NCBI RefSeq assembly: GCF_006345805.1
Contig: NC_042997.1
Coordinates: 210,490,001 to 210,554,000 of the forward strand
Length of the DNA stretch: 64,000 nucleotides
Direction of reading: 5' to 3'
Source of the DNA: Octopus sinensis
Taxonomy: Eukaryota
Shown: piece after piece, positions 1 through 12,618 of the stretch
Layout of the letters: the number at the start of each line of letters is the position of its first letter
Numbering within the stretch: the stretch's first letter is position 1
Translations under genes and position numbers: made by a program
Notes under the pieces: generated by a model
The model's database searches: none
What the model saw: the letters and a program-made list of their open reading frames with translations, nothing else
Told to the model about the DNA's origin: nothing

Positions 1-109
1 TGAGATATCATTTTGAAATTTGTTTATTGTTATTATTAGAACTGGATAAAGCAACTTATGGCCATCCCTGTGTATAAGAGAGAGAGAGCTTATAGTGTCT
101 TGTATTTAC

Positions 110-243
110 CATTCTCTGTCTTTCTGGTGTCATTGGATATCTGTTTGTAGAAATGACCTCTTCGTAGGGTGGAGGTGGTTGATATAGCGACAGGTTGTCA
201 GACTCCACATCAGCTGAAGAGTTTACTTCCATCTGAGAATCAG
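110..243 (-). CDS. Internal coding exon, cytoplasmic tail with PY motif (xDSQMEVNSSADVESDNLSLYQPPPPYEEVISTNRYPMTPERQRM)
   Basis: Acceptor ttttttctgattttgcag| and donor ATG|gtaaat; 134 nt = 2+44x3 (phase 1 to 0); open frame; joins in frame to exon 2862-2740. The gene continues past the left edge. Confidence 0.85.
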
Positions 244-1481
244 CTGCAAAATCAGAAAAAAACCCAAATTGCATTAACATCGTTAATATTACACAAAACA
301 TCAACATTATTGCTACATCATCATCATCATCGTTGTCATCATCATCATTACAAATAAGAACATTATCATTACAAACCTCTGTAAATGTTCAAGCTATAAG
401 AAATAACAGCCAAGTTGTCCTCAAATCACACTCTGACATCTTCAATAAGGAAATGTGAATTGGACAAAATAGTTCCTGAGATACAAAACTGAAGGATGGT
501 CATGGTTGGAATGTCTTTGGTTAGAGATCTACTGACAAAGTTTTCAACAATTTACATAATCCTGCTGACAATGATCCTCGACCTCATTAAATTTCCTCGT
601 TATCATTAATGGCAGAATGGGGAACTAAATTCTCCTGAGGTGTTCAGTTACGATCCTAGTCATTCAGAGTTCAAAACCCATCAGGGTTAATAAAATGAAC
701 AGAACCCCAAACACTTGACCAGTAGTTTAACATATGTCCAGAATCCAATAAAATCCTTTCTACAACAAGACCTAAAATTTGGTTGCCGGGAGCGGGGGTA
801 AGTGAACCCCAGTACCCCACTGGTACTTATTTTATTGACCTCAAATGGACAAGAGGCTATGTCTATCTTGGTGGGATTTGAACTCAGATTGTAAAGTCAG
901 GTGAAATGCTGTTAAGCATTTTGTTTTAATAATTCTGTCGGCTTGCCACCTTAAGTGCCTACAATAATGGTTTCCAATTTTGCCACAAGGGCAGCAATTT
1001 TGGGGGAGGGTGAAGGTCACTACATAGAACGACCCCCAGTAGAGTCACCTTTTTTTGTGAACAAATGTACACTAATTTCATCATCATCATCGTTTAACAT
1101 CTGTTTTCCATGCTGGCATAGGTTGGACAGTTCGACCAGGGTCTGGGAAGCCAGGAGGCTGCACCAGGCTCCAGTCTGATCTGGCAGTGTTTCTACAGCT
1201 GGATGCCCTTCCTAATGCCAACCACTCCGAGAGTGTAGTGGGTGCTTTTTACATACCACCAGCACAGGTGCCAGGCGAGGCTGGTAACGGCTATGATCAG
1301 TTGGTGCTTTTATGTGCCGCCGGCATGGAAGCCAGTCGAGACGGCGCTAGCAATAGCCACGTTCGGATGGTGCTTTTTACGTGCCACCGGCACTGGTATC
1401 ACAACTGAAAAGTATGTTGTCTATTGACTATTTTATGCATGCTAGCCACTGGTAGAAAATTTCTCTAATTTTTCTATCCTA

Positions 1482-1898
1482 TACTCTTTACTCTTTTACT
1501 TGTTTCAATCATTTGACTGCGGCCATGCTGGAGCACCGCCTTTAGTCGAGAAAATCAACCCTGGGACTTATTCTTTGTAAACCTAGTACTTATTCTATCG
1601 GTCTCTTTTGCCGAACCGCTAAGTGACGGGGACGTAAACACACCAGCATCGGTTGTGAAGCAATGCTAGGGGGACAAACACAGACACACAAACATATACA
1701 CACACACTTATATATATATATATACATATATACGACAGGCTTCTTTCAGTTTCCGTCTACCAAATCCACTCACAAGGTATTGGTCGGCCCGGGTCTATAG
1801 CAGAAGACACCTTCCCAAGATGCCACACAGTGGGACTGAACCCGGAACCATGTGGCTGGTTAGCAAGCTACTTACCACACAGCCACTCCTGTGCCTAT
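1482..1898 (-). mobile_element. tRNA-derived octopus SINE family A (probably CORE-type, OR-like); other minus copies ~3035-3432, 11046-11250, 19670-20286 (two), 24825-25010, 25874-26269, 30985-31530, 33477-33881, 38860-39060, 40435-40815, 46003-46422, 46830-47160, 53413-53824, 62840-63050
   Basis: Head ggcgcaggagtggctgtgtggtaag..ggttcagtcccac, internal (TA/CA)n, tail ggtgctccagcatggccgcagtcaaatgactgaaacaagtaaaagag. Confidence 0.85.
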
Positions 1899-2087
1899 AT
1901 ATATTTTCCTAATATGATTCTCGTAATTTTGAAGAAAATCAACCACTGCCAAGTGGCATCAGCCACAACTGTAATTTCCAATTGATTGTGATTTTGATTT
2001 TACTTGACTCAATAAGTCTACTCAGGCTCATCTTCCATCTTGCCATTTCTATATTAACCTTTAAAAAACTGGGATCATCTATTGAGC

Positions 2088-2123
<36 letters not shown>

Positions 2124-2417
2124 GGTGGCAGAATCGTTAGTATGTTGGGAAATTGCTTAAGTAGCATTTTCTCTCTCCTTATGTTCCGAGTTCAAATCCT
2201 GCCGTGGTCAACCATGCCACTCATCCTTTCAGTTGCGTACTGAGCGTTGAGGTATTTTTCTTACCCCACCCCAACAACATTTCAATCCTTGTACCTACAG
2301 TAGAAAGGATTGTTTTGTGTGTGCATGTGTGGGAAGGGGTTTGAAAAAAAAAGACAAAAACCACTTTAGAGAATTACTATTTGTAAATCTCACAACATGA
2401 GATATTCAACAACAGTA

Positions 2418-2679
2418 CTTTGGAGTAAAGATTGTTTGCCAACATAACATGGCAGTCCTGGTTTAGGATGAATGTTACTGTAACTTAGCCCCAGGAGACA
2501 TCGTCTCCAGCTGGCCATACGACCCGATCTGTGTCCTTATATTTTCAAGCAAGGGAATAAGGACACAGATCATGTTTTATAGCCAGCTGGAGACGATGTC
2601 TCCTGGGGCTAAATTACAGCAACATTCGTCCTAAACCAGGACTACCATGTTATGTTGGCAAACAATCTTTACTGCAAAG
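2418..2679. mobile_element. Foldback/MITE-like element, 123-bp arms with 16-nt loop
   Basis: Arms 2418-2540 and 2557-2679 are near-perfect reverse complements; full copy at 18870-19142 and a half copy at ~21738-21840. Confidence 0.75.
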
Positions 2680-2739
2680 ACCTCTTTGTTTTAGAGATTT
2701 GCTGAAAGAAGGACAAGGAAGAAAGAGAGAACTCCTTAC

Positions 2740-2862
2740 ATGTGGTCTGCGCTCTGTGACGTCCTCTTTGCTGCAGGCAGTAGACAATGGTGAGAAATAT
2801 AACAATTGCTAAACCTATGATAATCATCACCAAGATGGTATTCACATTGTCTTCTCCATCAT
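2740..2862 (-). CDS. Internal coding exon with transmembrane helix (xDGEDNVNTILVMIIIGLAIVIFLTIVYCLQQRGRHRAQTT)
   Basis: Acceptor ttttatatttcag| and donor ACAT|gtaagg; 123 nt, phase 1-1; ~20-residue hydrophobic run followed by basic QQRGRHR (positive-inside). Confidence 0.87.
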
Positions 2863-3234
2863 CTGAAATATAAAATGAAATAATCATACTTCATGGATTC
2901 TACTGCAAGAATGGTTATGGCAATAATGCAGAGGAAACGGCAAAAGAGATGACGAGAGTTATGCAACATGGATGACGGCATGCGGTACTTGAACTGTTCT
3001 CTCCAGTAATCTTGGTTCGTTTCTAACTTTTACTGTTTTACTTGTTTCAGTCAGTTTGACTGTGGCCATGCTGGAGCACCGCCTTTAGTCGAGCAACTCG
3101 ACCCCGGGACTTATTCTTTGTAAGCCTAGTACTTATTCTATCAGTCTCTTTTGACGAACCGCTAAGTTATGGAGACGTAAACACACCAGCATCGGTTGTC
3201 AAGCGATGTTGTGGGGACAAACACAGACACATAA

Positions 3235-3268
<34 letters not shown>

Positions 3269-3496
3269 GATGGGCTTCTTTCAGTTTCCGTCTACCAAAT
3301 CCACTCACAAGGCTTTGGTCAGCCCGAGACAATAGCAGAAGACACTTGCCCAAGGTGCCATGCAGTGGGACTGAACCCAGAACCATGTGGTTGGTAAATA
3401 AACTACTTACCACACAGCCACACCTGCACCTATAATTAGTCAATTTAAATTTTACAATTCTCTCCCTTGTCTCATTTGAAAAGAATTTTCATTAAG

Positions 3497-4384
3497 GCTA
3501 AATGACACATTATTTACAATGGATGGATAGGTGTCCCCACCTTGTTTGTTGTTATCACAACATTTCAGCTGATGTACTCTCCAGCCTTCCTCAGGTGTTC
3601 TAGTGGAATTTCGAACCCGACCCTTTATTTGACAAATGGGGTACACTGTTCTCATTCCTAAGTACCTTTTTTTGCTGATGCCATTTTTTTTTATTTCCTA
3701 GGTTATTTGCTTGTAGGCCTATGGGCATATAGCCTAGTTTATAAGAGCATGGACTACTAACCCTCACATTCTGGGTTCAATCCTAATCAGGGGCTTGAGA
3801 AATAATATCAACAAAAAAGGCGGCGAGCTGGCAGAATCACTAGCACGCCGGGCGAAATGCGTAGCCATATTTTGTCTGCCGTTACGTTCTGAGTTCAAAT
3901 TCTGCTGAGATCGACTTTGCCTTTCATCTTTTCGGGGTCGATTAAATAAGTACAAGTTATACACTGGGGTCGTAAAGAAATAGGTATTTCATCTGCCGTT
4001 ATGTTCTGAGTTCAAATTCCACCGAGGTTGACTTTGCCTTTCATCCTTTCGGGGGTCGATAAATTAAGTACCAGTTACGCACTGGGGTCGATATAATCGA
4101 CTTAATCCCTTTGTCTGTCCTTGTTTGTCTCCTCTGTGTTTGGCCCCTTGTGGGCAGTAAAGAAATAAATGTAAAAAAAAAAACACAACACCAGCAAAAA
4201 AGGATACTTAGGAGTGAGAACAGAGTACCCTATTAGTCAAATAAAGGGTTGGGTTTGAAATTCCACCAGGACACCTGATGACGGCTGGAGAGTACATCAG
4301 CCGAAATGTTGAGGTAACAACAAACAAGATGAGGACAGCTAACCATCCATAATGTACATAATTCTTCATCTCAAAAATATAGAA
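3497..4384. mobile_element. Third, older copy of the palindromic element, interrupted by a SINE (3820-4170)
   Basis: Inverted arms ~3497-3670 and ~4200-4384 share a subfamily-specific loop (gagagtacat) and insertion; one degenerate tRNA-like head at ~3720-3795. Confidence 0.65.
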
Positions 4385-5597
4385 TAATATTAAATAACAT
4401 TTCCAGTTTTGTTTCATAACTTAGCAGCTCAACAAATAGATATTGATACAATAGATACCAGTCTGAATACTGGTGTTCTTGTCATTGATTATAACTACAT
4501 GAGGCAGTGCTCCAGCATGGCCTCAATCCAACAACTAGAACTAAAATAGACAAGGAAACAATTATTGTTGTTTTGTCCTCAATATTTAACTCTGTGACCA
4601 CAAAGGTTCCAGTTGTGGCCATCCTGTTCTATACATTAAACACTACATGTTCATTGTTTCTTTTTTTTTTTAAGATAGTTGGGTGTGATTTGAAAGAGAT
4701 TTGGCTGCTAATTCTAGCAAGCTGACCAGGTGCCTGGTTTGAGCATGCCTTCCTCCAGTCCCAGGGCCACTAAAAAAGTAAAAAAGACAAAAACAATGAA
4801 AAGAGAACAACAATGGCAACGTTGTTGATAAAAGAGAAAGATTTTAACAAGAATTTGTCGACAGGTGCCACGTAAAAGCATCCAGCACACACTGCAAAGT
4901 GGTTGGCATTAGGAAGGGAATCCAGCCATAGAAACCATGCCAGAACAATGGAGTCTGGCGTGGCCCCTGGCCTTGTTAGCTCTGGTCAAACTGTCCAACC
5001 CATACCAGCATGGAAAACAGACATTATAAGTAGCATTAAGTAAAATATGGGTGTGTACAATCATATTCAACACATCTATGTACACTTAAGTGAGGAAAAC
5101 TGCTGTGAAAATTAAATTCCCCTTAAAGACAAGTGTGGGAAAACAACACCACTGGGCCACGATATCATTGCACTACAGGACGTGCTTTGTGAGCTATGAA
5201 CACTGGATCCCTTGTTCATAGCCAACTAAAAACTGCCGTTTTTATATTTAAACAGAAACTGATAAGTTTGCTGATGTGTGCAAAGCTATGTCAAGCTAAA
5301 ATGATTTAACTAGAGGCACACTAAGCAATGTCAATTGTAACATAGGTGCATACAATTATATTTAACACATTTGTGTACACCCAAACGTGGAGAGGCCATT
5401 TCCGCAGAAATTGTCTCCTTATAAACATTGATGATGCCCAATGACACAGAAACACGTATCCTACAGTATGATGATATTATTCATAGCCCAGCATATAGTG
5501 CTGGGTCCGACAGCATTTAGGGCTGCCTTCTGAAGGAACTGGTAGTGGTGGTGGCGGTAAAGGGGTAGACTGTATTACTTAGTCAATTGTCAATCTT

Positions 5598-5990
5598 TAT
5601 ATATATAAAGCTGAAGTTGTCTGTGTGTAGCAGGTTTGGTAGCCTTCAACTAACATTCTCCTCCGAGACCCTGTGGCACAAGTTGACCAAAATTGAGAGT
5701 ATGATAGAAGAAGGCTTGCTCTTCCTTCCATAGAAGAAAAAATTCAAATCGGACCATGTTAACACCAAAAATTATTTACATCAAAAAGGTGCTTTTTTTC
5801 TATGAAAATCCCTATTTTTTACGATTTTTTTTTACTGCTGTGTCGCCATTTTTCGGTGTATTTCAACCAGAAAAATGTTCACTTAAAGAGAATAACAAGC
5901 TACATAATGCAATTTTTTTACTTTTCAAAAATTCCAATTCTAAAGGGTCAAAACAAACCCGAGCAACGGCGGGCGATACTGCTAGTGATG
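5598..5990 (-). mobile_element. Same Helitron/Helentron-like family (shared terminus)
   Basis: Ends cccgagcaacggcgggcgatactgctagt, the reverse complement of the 44040 terminus; the other end lies in (TA)n. Confidence 0.5.
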
Positions 5991-6503
5991 AACATAACAT
6001 CATCATCATCATCATCATCATTTAACGTCCGCTTTCCATGCTAGCATGGGTTGGACAGTTCAACTGGGGTCTGGGGAGCCCGAAGGCTGCACCAGGCCAG
6101 TCAGATCTGGCAGTGTTTCTACAGCTGGATGCCCTTCCTAACGCCAACCACTCCGAGAGTGCAGTGGGTGATTTTATGTGCCACTGACACAGGAGCCAGA
6201 CGAGGCTGGCGAACGGCCACGCTCGGATGGTGTTTTTTATGTGCCACTGACACAGGTGCCAGACGAGGCTGGCAGACGGCCACGCTCGGATGGTGTTTTT
6301 TATGTGCCACCAACACAGGTGCCAGACGAGGCTGGCAGACGGCCACGCTTGGATGGTGTTTTTTTATGTGCCACAGACACAGGTGCCAGACGAGGCTGGC
6401 GAAAATGAATAAAAGAAAACATTGTCCTGGTGAAAAGAGGTTAGAAGAAAATAGCCTGACCAGCCACAGGTCAACCACAAAGGGAAACAGAAGCAATACT
6501 TAC

Positions 6504-6668
6504 GACACAAGCTGAGATCCGATACACAGGATCCATTTTTACATCGTTTGTGATGCTCACAAAATGTACCTCGAGGAGCATCTGTTGTTCTTCTTGAGTT
6601 GTTATGAGTATTCATTATGAAAGACAAAATTGGTATGATTTGGAGTTTACTCCACGGATTATCTTCAG
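6504..6668 (-). CDS. Internal coding exon, juxtamembrane ectodomain with 4-Cys LDLa-like motif (xEDNPWSKLQIIPILSFIMNTHNNSRRTTDAPRGTFCEHHKRCKNGSCVSDLSLC)
   Basis: Strong acceptor (t)12ctctctgtatttacag| and donor GTC|gtaagt; 165 nt, phase 1-1; open; in frame with the TM exon. Confidence 0.82.
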
Positions 6669-7097
6669 CTGTAAATACAGAGAGAAAAAAAAAAAATTTT
6701 GATGACCATCACCTATTACTTACATGCAATGATTCATGGATTGCGTTAGAGTAGAGTTTGGGTTTAAGAGGATCACGGTTGCTTTTTCTAGCACATAAGC
6801 TTCCTTGTGTAAGAGAAGTTGAGATAAGGGGTCATTTATCTTTTGTGAAGGTATGGAAGGGAAGCTGAGTAAGGAGTGCAGAAGGGGGAGGAAGAGAGAG
6901 GAGAGAAAGAAGTGAATAAAAGGGGGAGGGAGGAAGTAATAGATGAAAGGAACACATGTAGAGATGTGGATTAGCCACATGTGCAGGTAAGTGCAGCCAC
7001 GTGTGCAGGTGAGGGCAACTGCAAACCAATTACTTAGAAGAGATAATTGCAGGGTGAGAGGAAAACTGAAATAGTTTATCTGCAACAAATATTTAAA

Positions 7098-7130
<33 letters not shown>

Positions 7131-7852
7131 TGTGTGTGTGTGTGTGTGTGTGTATGCTAAAACCATGGTTCCACATAAAAAGGATTGGTGTGGGTGCTGG
7201 TGCCATGTAGAAAGCACCCAGTCTGTTCTATAAAGGGGGTCACATTAGGAAGGGCATCCAACAGCAGAAATCATGCCAAAACAGACAATGGAACCTCATG
7301 CGGCTCTTGGCTTTGTCAATTCCTGTCAAACCATCTAACCCATGCCAGCATGGAAAACGGATGTAAAATGAGAATGACCCCCCCACACACACACACAATG
7401 TCCTGGTTATGACATTAAACTGCAGCATCCACTGGTGATGCTCCAGCTTGGGAGTTACAGGGAGCACGGAGTCACCGCTTAATTACCATTATTCCGAAGT
7501 CTGTTCTGACCCAGAATGGTAAGACCTATCAAGGTCCCTCTCTATGGGTTACATAAATTTCCCAGGAGTAGAAAAGGCTCCCATTATTTTTGACAAAGCC
7601 ATGTTGAAGGCAGATTTTCTGGAGAAAGACACTAAAAGACCCCAAACCTGGAGCCAAAACGGTCACCTTGCAATGCTTATCGCTGGAACCATCTCTATGG
7701 CAACTGAGAGAATGGCAAAAAGTGTTGTACAAGCTTTTGTCACTTAAATCCAATGACATAAAGATGTCTCCCTGTCAGACCTCCTTTCTTGATCTGTTTT
7801 TATCATCATCCATCATTTTCAATTAAAGTTTTGTCCCCGTTAATGAGAGTGG

Positions 7853-8205
7853 TTGGATCGACCTCAATGCCACAGCAACCACCCTCACACCATCTCGTCC
7901 GGGTTTGGGGCATCCTCCCTTCTCAAGCCAACCCTCCCAATCTCCTCCTCTCCCTATCTTCTCTGTCTACCTAGCTTTTGCTGTCCATTTACCTCAAACT
8001 CTAGCACCCTCTTCAGAACATCTTCCTCGTTCCTCCTCAACACATGTCCATACCACCTCACAGCCATCCGCCCTTGCCAGCTGTTCCACTGATTCCTCCA
8101 ACCCCAGCATCCATATCAAGTCCTCAGTCCTCCTCTTATCATCAAACAGCCCCAAGCCACACATTGCTCTCTCAGTCCTTCTGAAAACTGACATCTCTCC
8201 CTCCT
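7853..8205 (-). mobile_element. RTE-clade LINE C-terminal fragment
   Basis: RAMCGLGLFDDKRRTEDLIWMLGLEESVEQLARA then, after a frameshift, VRWYGHV-like and VLRRVLEFEVNGQ-like sequence. Confidence 0.7.
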
Positions 8206-8809
8206 TGATCTGGCATGGGTTGCCCGGGGGCTTGCAAGCCAGGAGGCTGCACCAGGCTCCAATTTGATCTGGCAGTGTTTCTACAGCTAGATGCCCTTCC
8301 TAATGCCAACCACTCTGAGAGGCCATCAGCACAGGAACCAGTCAGAGTGGGGGGAGGGGCGCTGGTATTGACCACATTCGGATGGTACTTTTTATGTGCG
8401 AGCTGGCAGAATTGTTAGCACGCGGGGCGAAATGCTTAGCAGTATTTCTGCTGCTACTCTCTGAGTTCAAATTCCGTCAGGTCGACTTTGCCTTTCATCC
8501 TCTTGGGGTCATTGTAATCGACTTAATCTGTTTGTCTGTCCTTGTTTGTCCCCTCTGTGTTTAGCCCCTTGTGGGTAATAAAGAAATAGGTATTTCGTTT
8601 GCCGCTACGTTCTGAGTTCAAATTCCGCCGAGGTTGACTTTGCCTTTCATCCTTTCGGGGTCGATTAAATAAGTACCAGTTATGCACTGTGGTCGATATA
8701 ATCAACTTAATCCGTTTATCTGTCCCCGTTTGTCCCCTCTGTGCTTAGCTCCCTGTAGGTAATAGAGAAATACATATTCTACTGCATGATAAAGACAGCT
8801 GAGTCTCAC

Positions 8810-8907
8810 ATAACACGGAGAGTTTTTCCCTTCTAATTGCAAGGATAACCTCAATGAACTGAAGGTTTTCAACTGTCTTTGTTAAATCACGACATGACTG
8901 TACGATA
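8810..8907 (-). other. Alternative candidate exon upstream of exon 6668 (IVQSCRDLTKTVENLQFIEVILAIRREKLSVL)
   Basis: Acceptors at 8908 or 8898 and donor TAT|gtgaga ending in phase 1; non-repetitive open frame; moderate splice signals only. Confidence 0.25.
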
Positions 8908-9504
8908 CTGTAACGATAGCAGAGTTCCGTGTTTATAGATTTCAATTAATTTGTTTAATCAAGTGGGTGGTGGTGGGTGGTGGTGGTGGATGGGAGGGGG
9001 CATAAACAACTTTCCAAACTCAGGAATAAAGCACGTTTCATACTCAGAAGAGATAAAAAAATAAAAAAAACAAAACAAATGAAACGACACTTGTAAGGTC
9101 ACAAGTGAGGAAACAGCAAATCGTCTGAGTTAAAGCAGTGTATGTTTAAATATGAAGAGGATGTACTGTGTGTGTGTGTATGGGGGGGGTGCACATCATC
9201 ATCATCATCATCATCATTTAATGGCTGTTTTCAATGCTGGCCTAGGTTGAATAGTTTCACAGAATCTGGTGGATCCAAAGACTGTCTCAAGCTCTGATGC
9301 CTGCTTTTAGCACGGTTTCTACACTTGGATGTCCTTCCTAACACCAACCACTCTACAGAGTGTACTTGGTGCTTTGTCTGCCAGCGCTAATGGGGCTACT
9401 ATGCCGCCTGCAACACTAAGATCCCTTCTGACTGTGTTGAGGTTACAGTATATATATATATATATATTAATAAAAGGAATTCCAACCTTGTCTGATTTTC
9501 ACAT

Positions 9505-9861
9505 TTAGGCGTCACGCTTTGTTGAACATGTCAAGAGTCCTGTATCTTAACCCTGGGTGAGGCAGCAATTGTTGGGCTATTTTTAAATGTTGTAAATAAC
9601 CTTTGTCAGGGATTTTTATATTTCAATTGTCATCATCATCATTGTTTTATTTAGGGTTAAAAGTTCTATTGCCACCACCATCACCACTAGCAACAATAAT
9701 TAAGGTGCTGACAATGATGATGATGACAATTGAAATATAAAAATATAAAAATCTCTGACAAAGGCTATTTACAACATTTCTAAAAATAGCCCAACAGTTG
9801 CTGCCTCGCCCAGGGTTAAGGTATAGGACTCTTGATATGTCCAACAAAGCGTGACGCCTAA
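9505..9861. mobile_element. Foldback element with ~140-bp inverted arms
   Basis: Termini ttaggcgtcacgctttgtt.../...aacaaagcgtgacgcctaa; the arms match throughout with scattered substitutions. Confidence 0.7.
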
Positions 9862-10100
9862 ACCAATCAGCTCAACCAACCAATCAGCTTAAGTAATTGA
9901 GTGATACTACACACTGATTGGTCAGAATACAGTTTGCAAAACCTAGCAATCTGGAGCCTACACAGGTGTATTTAAGGCACAGAATCAATCATCTTGCTAC
10001 AGTCAAAAATTGTGAAGCATGACTGTCACAACTACTACATGAACCTGAAGAGTGCAGAATTTAATGCATGAAAGTACTAGTTCAATCAGAATGAACATTT
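9862..10100 (+). mobile_element. Penelope-like pseudo-LTR remnant (CCAAT boxes, TATA-like motif, hammerhead)
   Basis: ccaatcag twice, ctgattgg and gtatttaagg lie upstream of the hammerhead at 10040; hammerheads in pLTRs are an established feature of Penelope-like elements. Confidence 0.5.
10040..10084 (+). ncRNA. Minimal type I hammerhead ribozyme motif, apparently intact
   Basis: TGAAC-CTGAAGA-GTGCA(gaatttaa)TGCAT-GAAA-GTAC-TA-GTTCA: 5-bp stem I, canonical core, 5-bp stem II, palindromic loopless stem III, CUA cleavage triplet. Confidence 0.75.
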
Positions 10101-10224
10101 AACATTCTATTATTTTATTTTATTTTATCATATCATATTATATTATCTTATAATATATTATAAGATTGTAAATAAAACGTGAAAATCACACAAGGTTGGA
10201 ATTCCTTTTATTAATATATTCTTC

Positions 10225-10529
10225 TATACACAATCACACACACCCGTATATATATAAATATATATATATACACACACACACATATATATATATATACACA
10301 TATATATATACATATACACATATATATATATAAACACACACATATATATATACACATATATATACATATACACATATATATACACACATATATATACATA
10401 TACACATATATATACATATACACATATATATATACATATATATATACATATACACATATATATATACATATATATATACATATACACATATATATATACT
10501 TATATATGTATACATATATATATATATAT

Positions 10530-10562
<33 letters not shown>

Positions 10563-10652
10563 CATACATATACATACATATACACACATACATATATATA
10601 CACACATATACATACACACATACATATACACACATACATATACACACATATA

Positions 10653-10703
<51 letters not shown>

Positions 10704-10740
10704 TACATATACATATATATACATACATATACACATATAC

Positions 10741-10771
<31 letters not shown>

Positions 10772-10782
10772 TATATATATAT
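10225..10782. repeat. Compound (TA)n/(CA)n microsatellite
   Basis: Directly visible. Confidence 0.95.
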
Positions 10783-11011
10783 CCTCGTGCCGGTGGCACA
10801 TAAAAGAACCCACTACACTCTTGGAGTGGTTGGTGTTAGGAAGGGCGTCCAGCTGTAGAAACTCTGCCAGATCAGATTGGAGTCTGGTGCAGCCATCTCC
10901 CAGTCAAACCGTCCAACCCATGCTAGCATGGAAAGCAGACGTTAAACGATGATGATGAGATATATATATATATATTATATATATAATACATATATACATA
11001 CATACATATAT

Positions 11012-11042
<31 letters not shown>

Positions 11043-12224
11043 CTCTTTTTACTCTTAATTGTTTCAGACATCTGATTGTGGCCATGCTGGAGCACCGTCT
11101 TTAGTTGAGCAAATCAATCCCTGGACTTATTCTTTGTAAGCCTAGTACTTATTCTATCGGTCTCTTTTGCTGAACCACTAAGTTATGGGGACATAAAAAC
11201 ACCAGCATCGGTTGTCAAGCGATGTTGGGGGGACAAACACAGGAACACACATATATAAATATATATATGTTGCTGTGGAGGAACTACATGGCCATTCTGT
11301 ATTATTAGAAGGCTGGAAATGATTTGGGGCCATACTGGAAATGGATTAAATTAGTGGTGATGAGGTGTGTGGATGGATCCTTAAGATGGGGGTGGGGGTG
11401 TTGACAGAACATGAAATGTCCGTGGACTTTTTTACACACACACAACCATGGTAAAGTGAAACTCGAGTTACAAGGAAAGAATTTGGTTGAAATAAAAACT
11501 GTATATACTCTTACATATGTATCAAGTTCTCTTCCTTGTTTGTCATTTTTGGAATACATTCATTAAATTCGGGGAATGCACTGAAATTCGGGGAATGCAC
11601 TGAAATTCGGGGAATGTTGCTTTCATCAAAAGCAGATTCAATGTGTGCTTGTGTAAATGTATCCTGCCACCCCCTGCATCCCAAACCACCCCCTCCTTAT
11701 CTACTCACTGATCACCTTTCCCCTTTCACCCATCCTCACTCCAATCATCATCCTATCATTCATACCTATTTCTTTACTACCCTCAAGGGGCTAAACACAG
11801 AAGGGACAAACAAGGACAGACAAACGGATTAAGTCGATTATATTGACCCCAGTGCGTAACTGGTACTTAATTTATCGACCCCGAAAGGATGAAAGGCAAA
11901 GTCGACCTCGGTGGAATTTGAACTCAGAACGTAGCGGCAGACGAAATACCGCTCAGCATTTCGCCCGGCGTGCTAACGTTTCTGCCAGCTCCTGCCGCCT
12001 ATCATTCATACCGCTCAACTGACCCTGTGATGCTTGCTCACTCACTGCCACCCATCACTCCCTCTCACTCTTTTCTTCCTCTCTGCCACCTTAACACCCT
12101 CCTCTCTCCCTATTGCTCCTCTCTTTCCTTTGAAGACTCTTAATCCTTGCCCCCACCCTCATCTATTTTCTCTTCCTTATTTCCTTCCCCTCCGCCTTCC
12201 ACTCATACTCATCTATATAAAGTT

Positions 12225-12390
12225 GGCGCAGGAGTGGCTGTGTGGTAAGTAGCTTGTTTACCAACCACATGGTTCAGGGTTCAGTCCCACTGAGTGTCAC
12301 CTTGGGCAAGTGTCTTCTACTATAGCCTCGGGCCGACCAAAGCCTTGTGAGTGGATTTGGTAGACGGAAACTGAAAAGAAGCCCGTCGTA

Positions 12391-12445
<55 letters not shown>

Positions 12446-12618
12446 TTGTGTGTCTGTGTTTGTCTCCCTAGCATTGCTTGACAACCGATGCGATTCGGCA
12501 AAAGAGACCGATAGAATAAGTACTGGGCTTACAAAGAATAAGTCCTGGGATCGAGTTGCTCGACTAAAGACGGTGCTCCAGCATGGCCACAGTCAAATGA
12601 CTGAAACAAGTAAAAGAG
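12225..12618 (+). mobile_element. SINE family A, plus orientation; others ~18360-18757, 20979-21375, 28110-28695, 39087-39525, 54206-54612, 58612-58997
   Basis: Same head and tail as 1482-1898 on the opposite strand. Confidence 0.85.

Noticed and set aside
7544-7747. 67-aa plus-strand ORF ending AKSVVQAFVT
   Set aside because: Faint resemblance to CR1/L2 RT C-terminal sequence, but too short and degenerate to call; no splice support as a gene.
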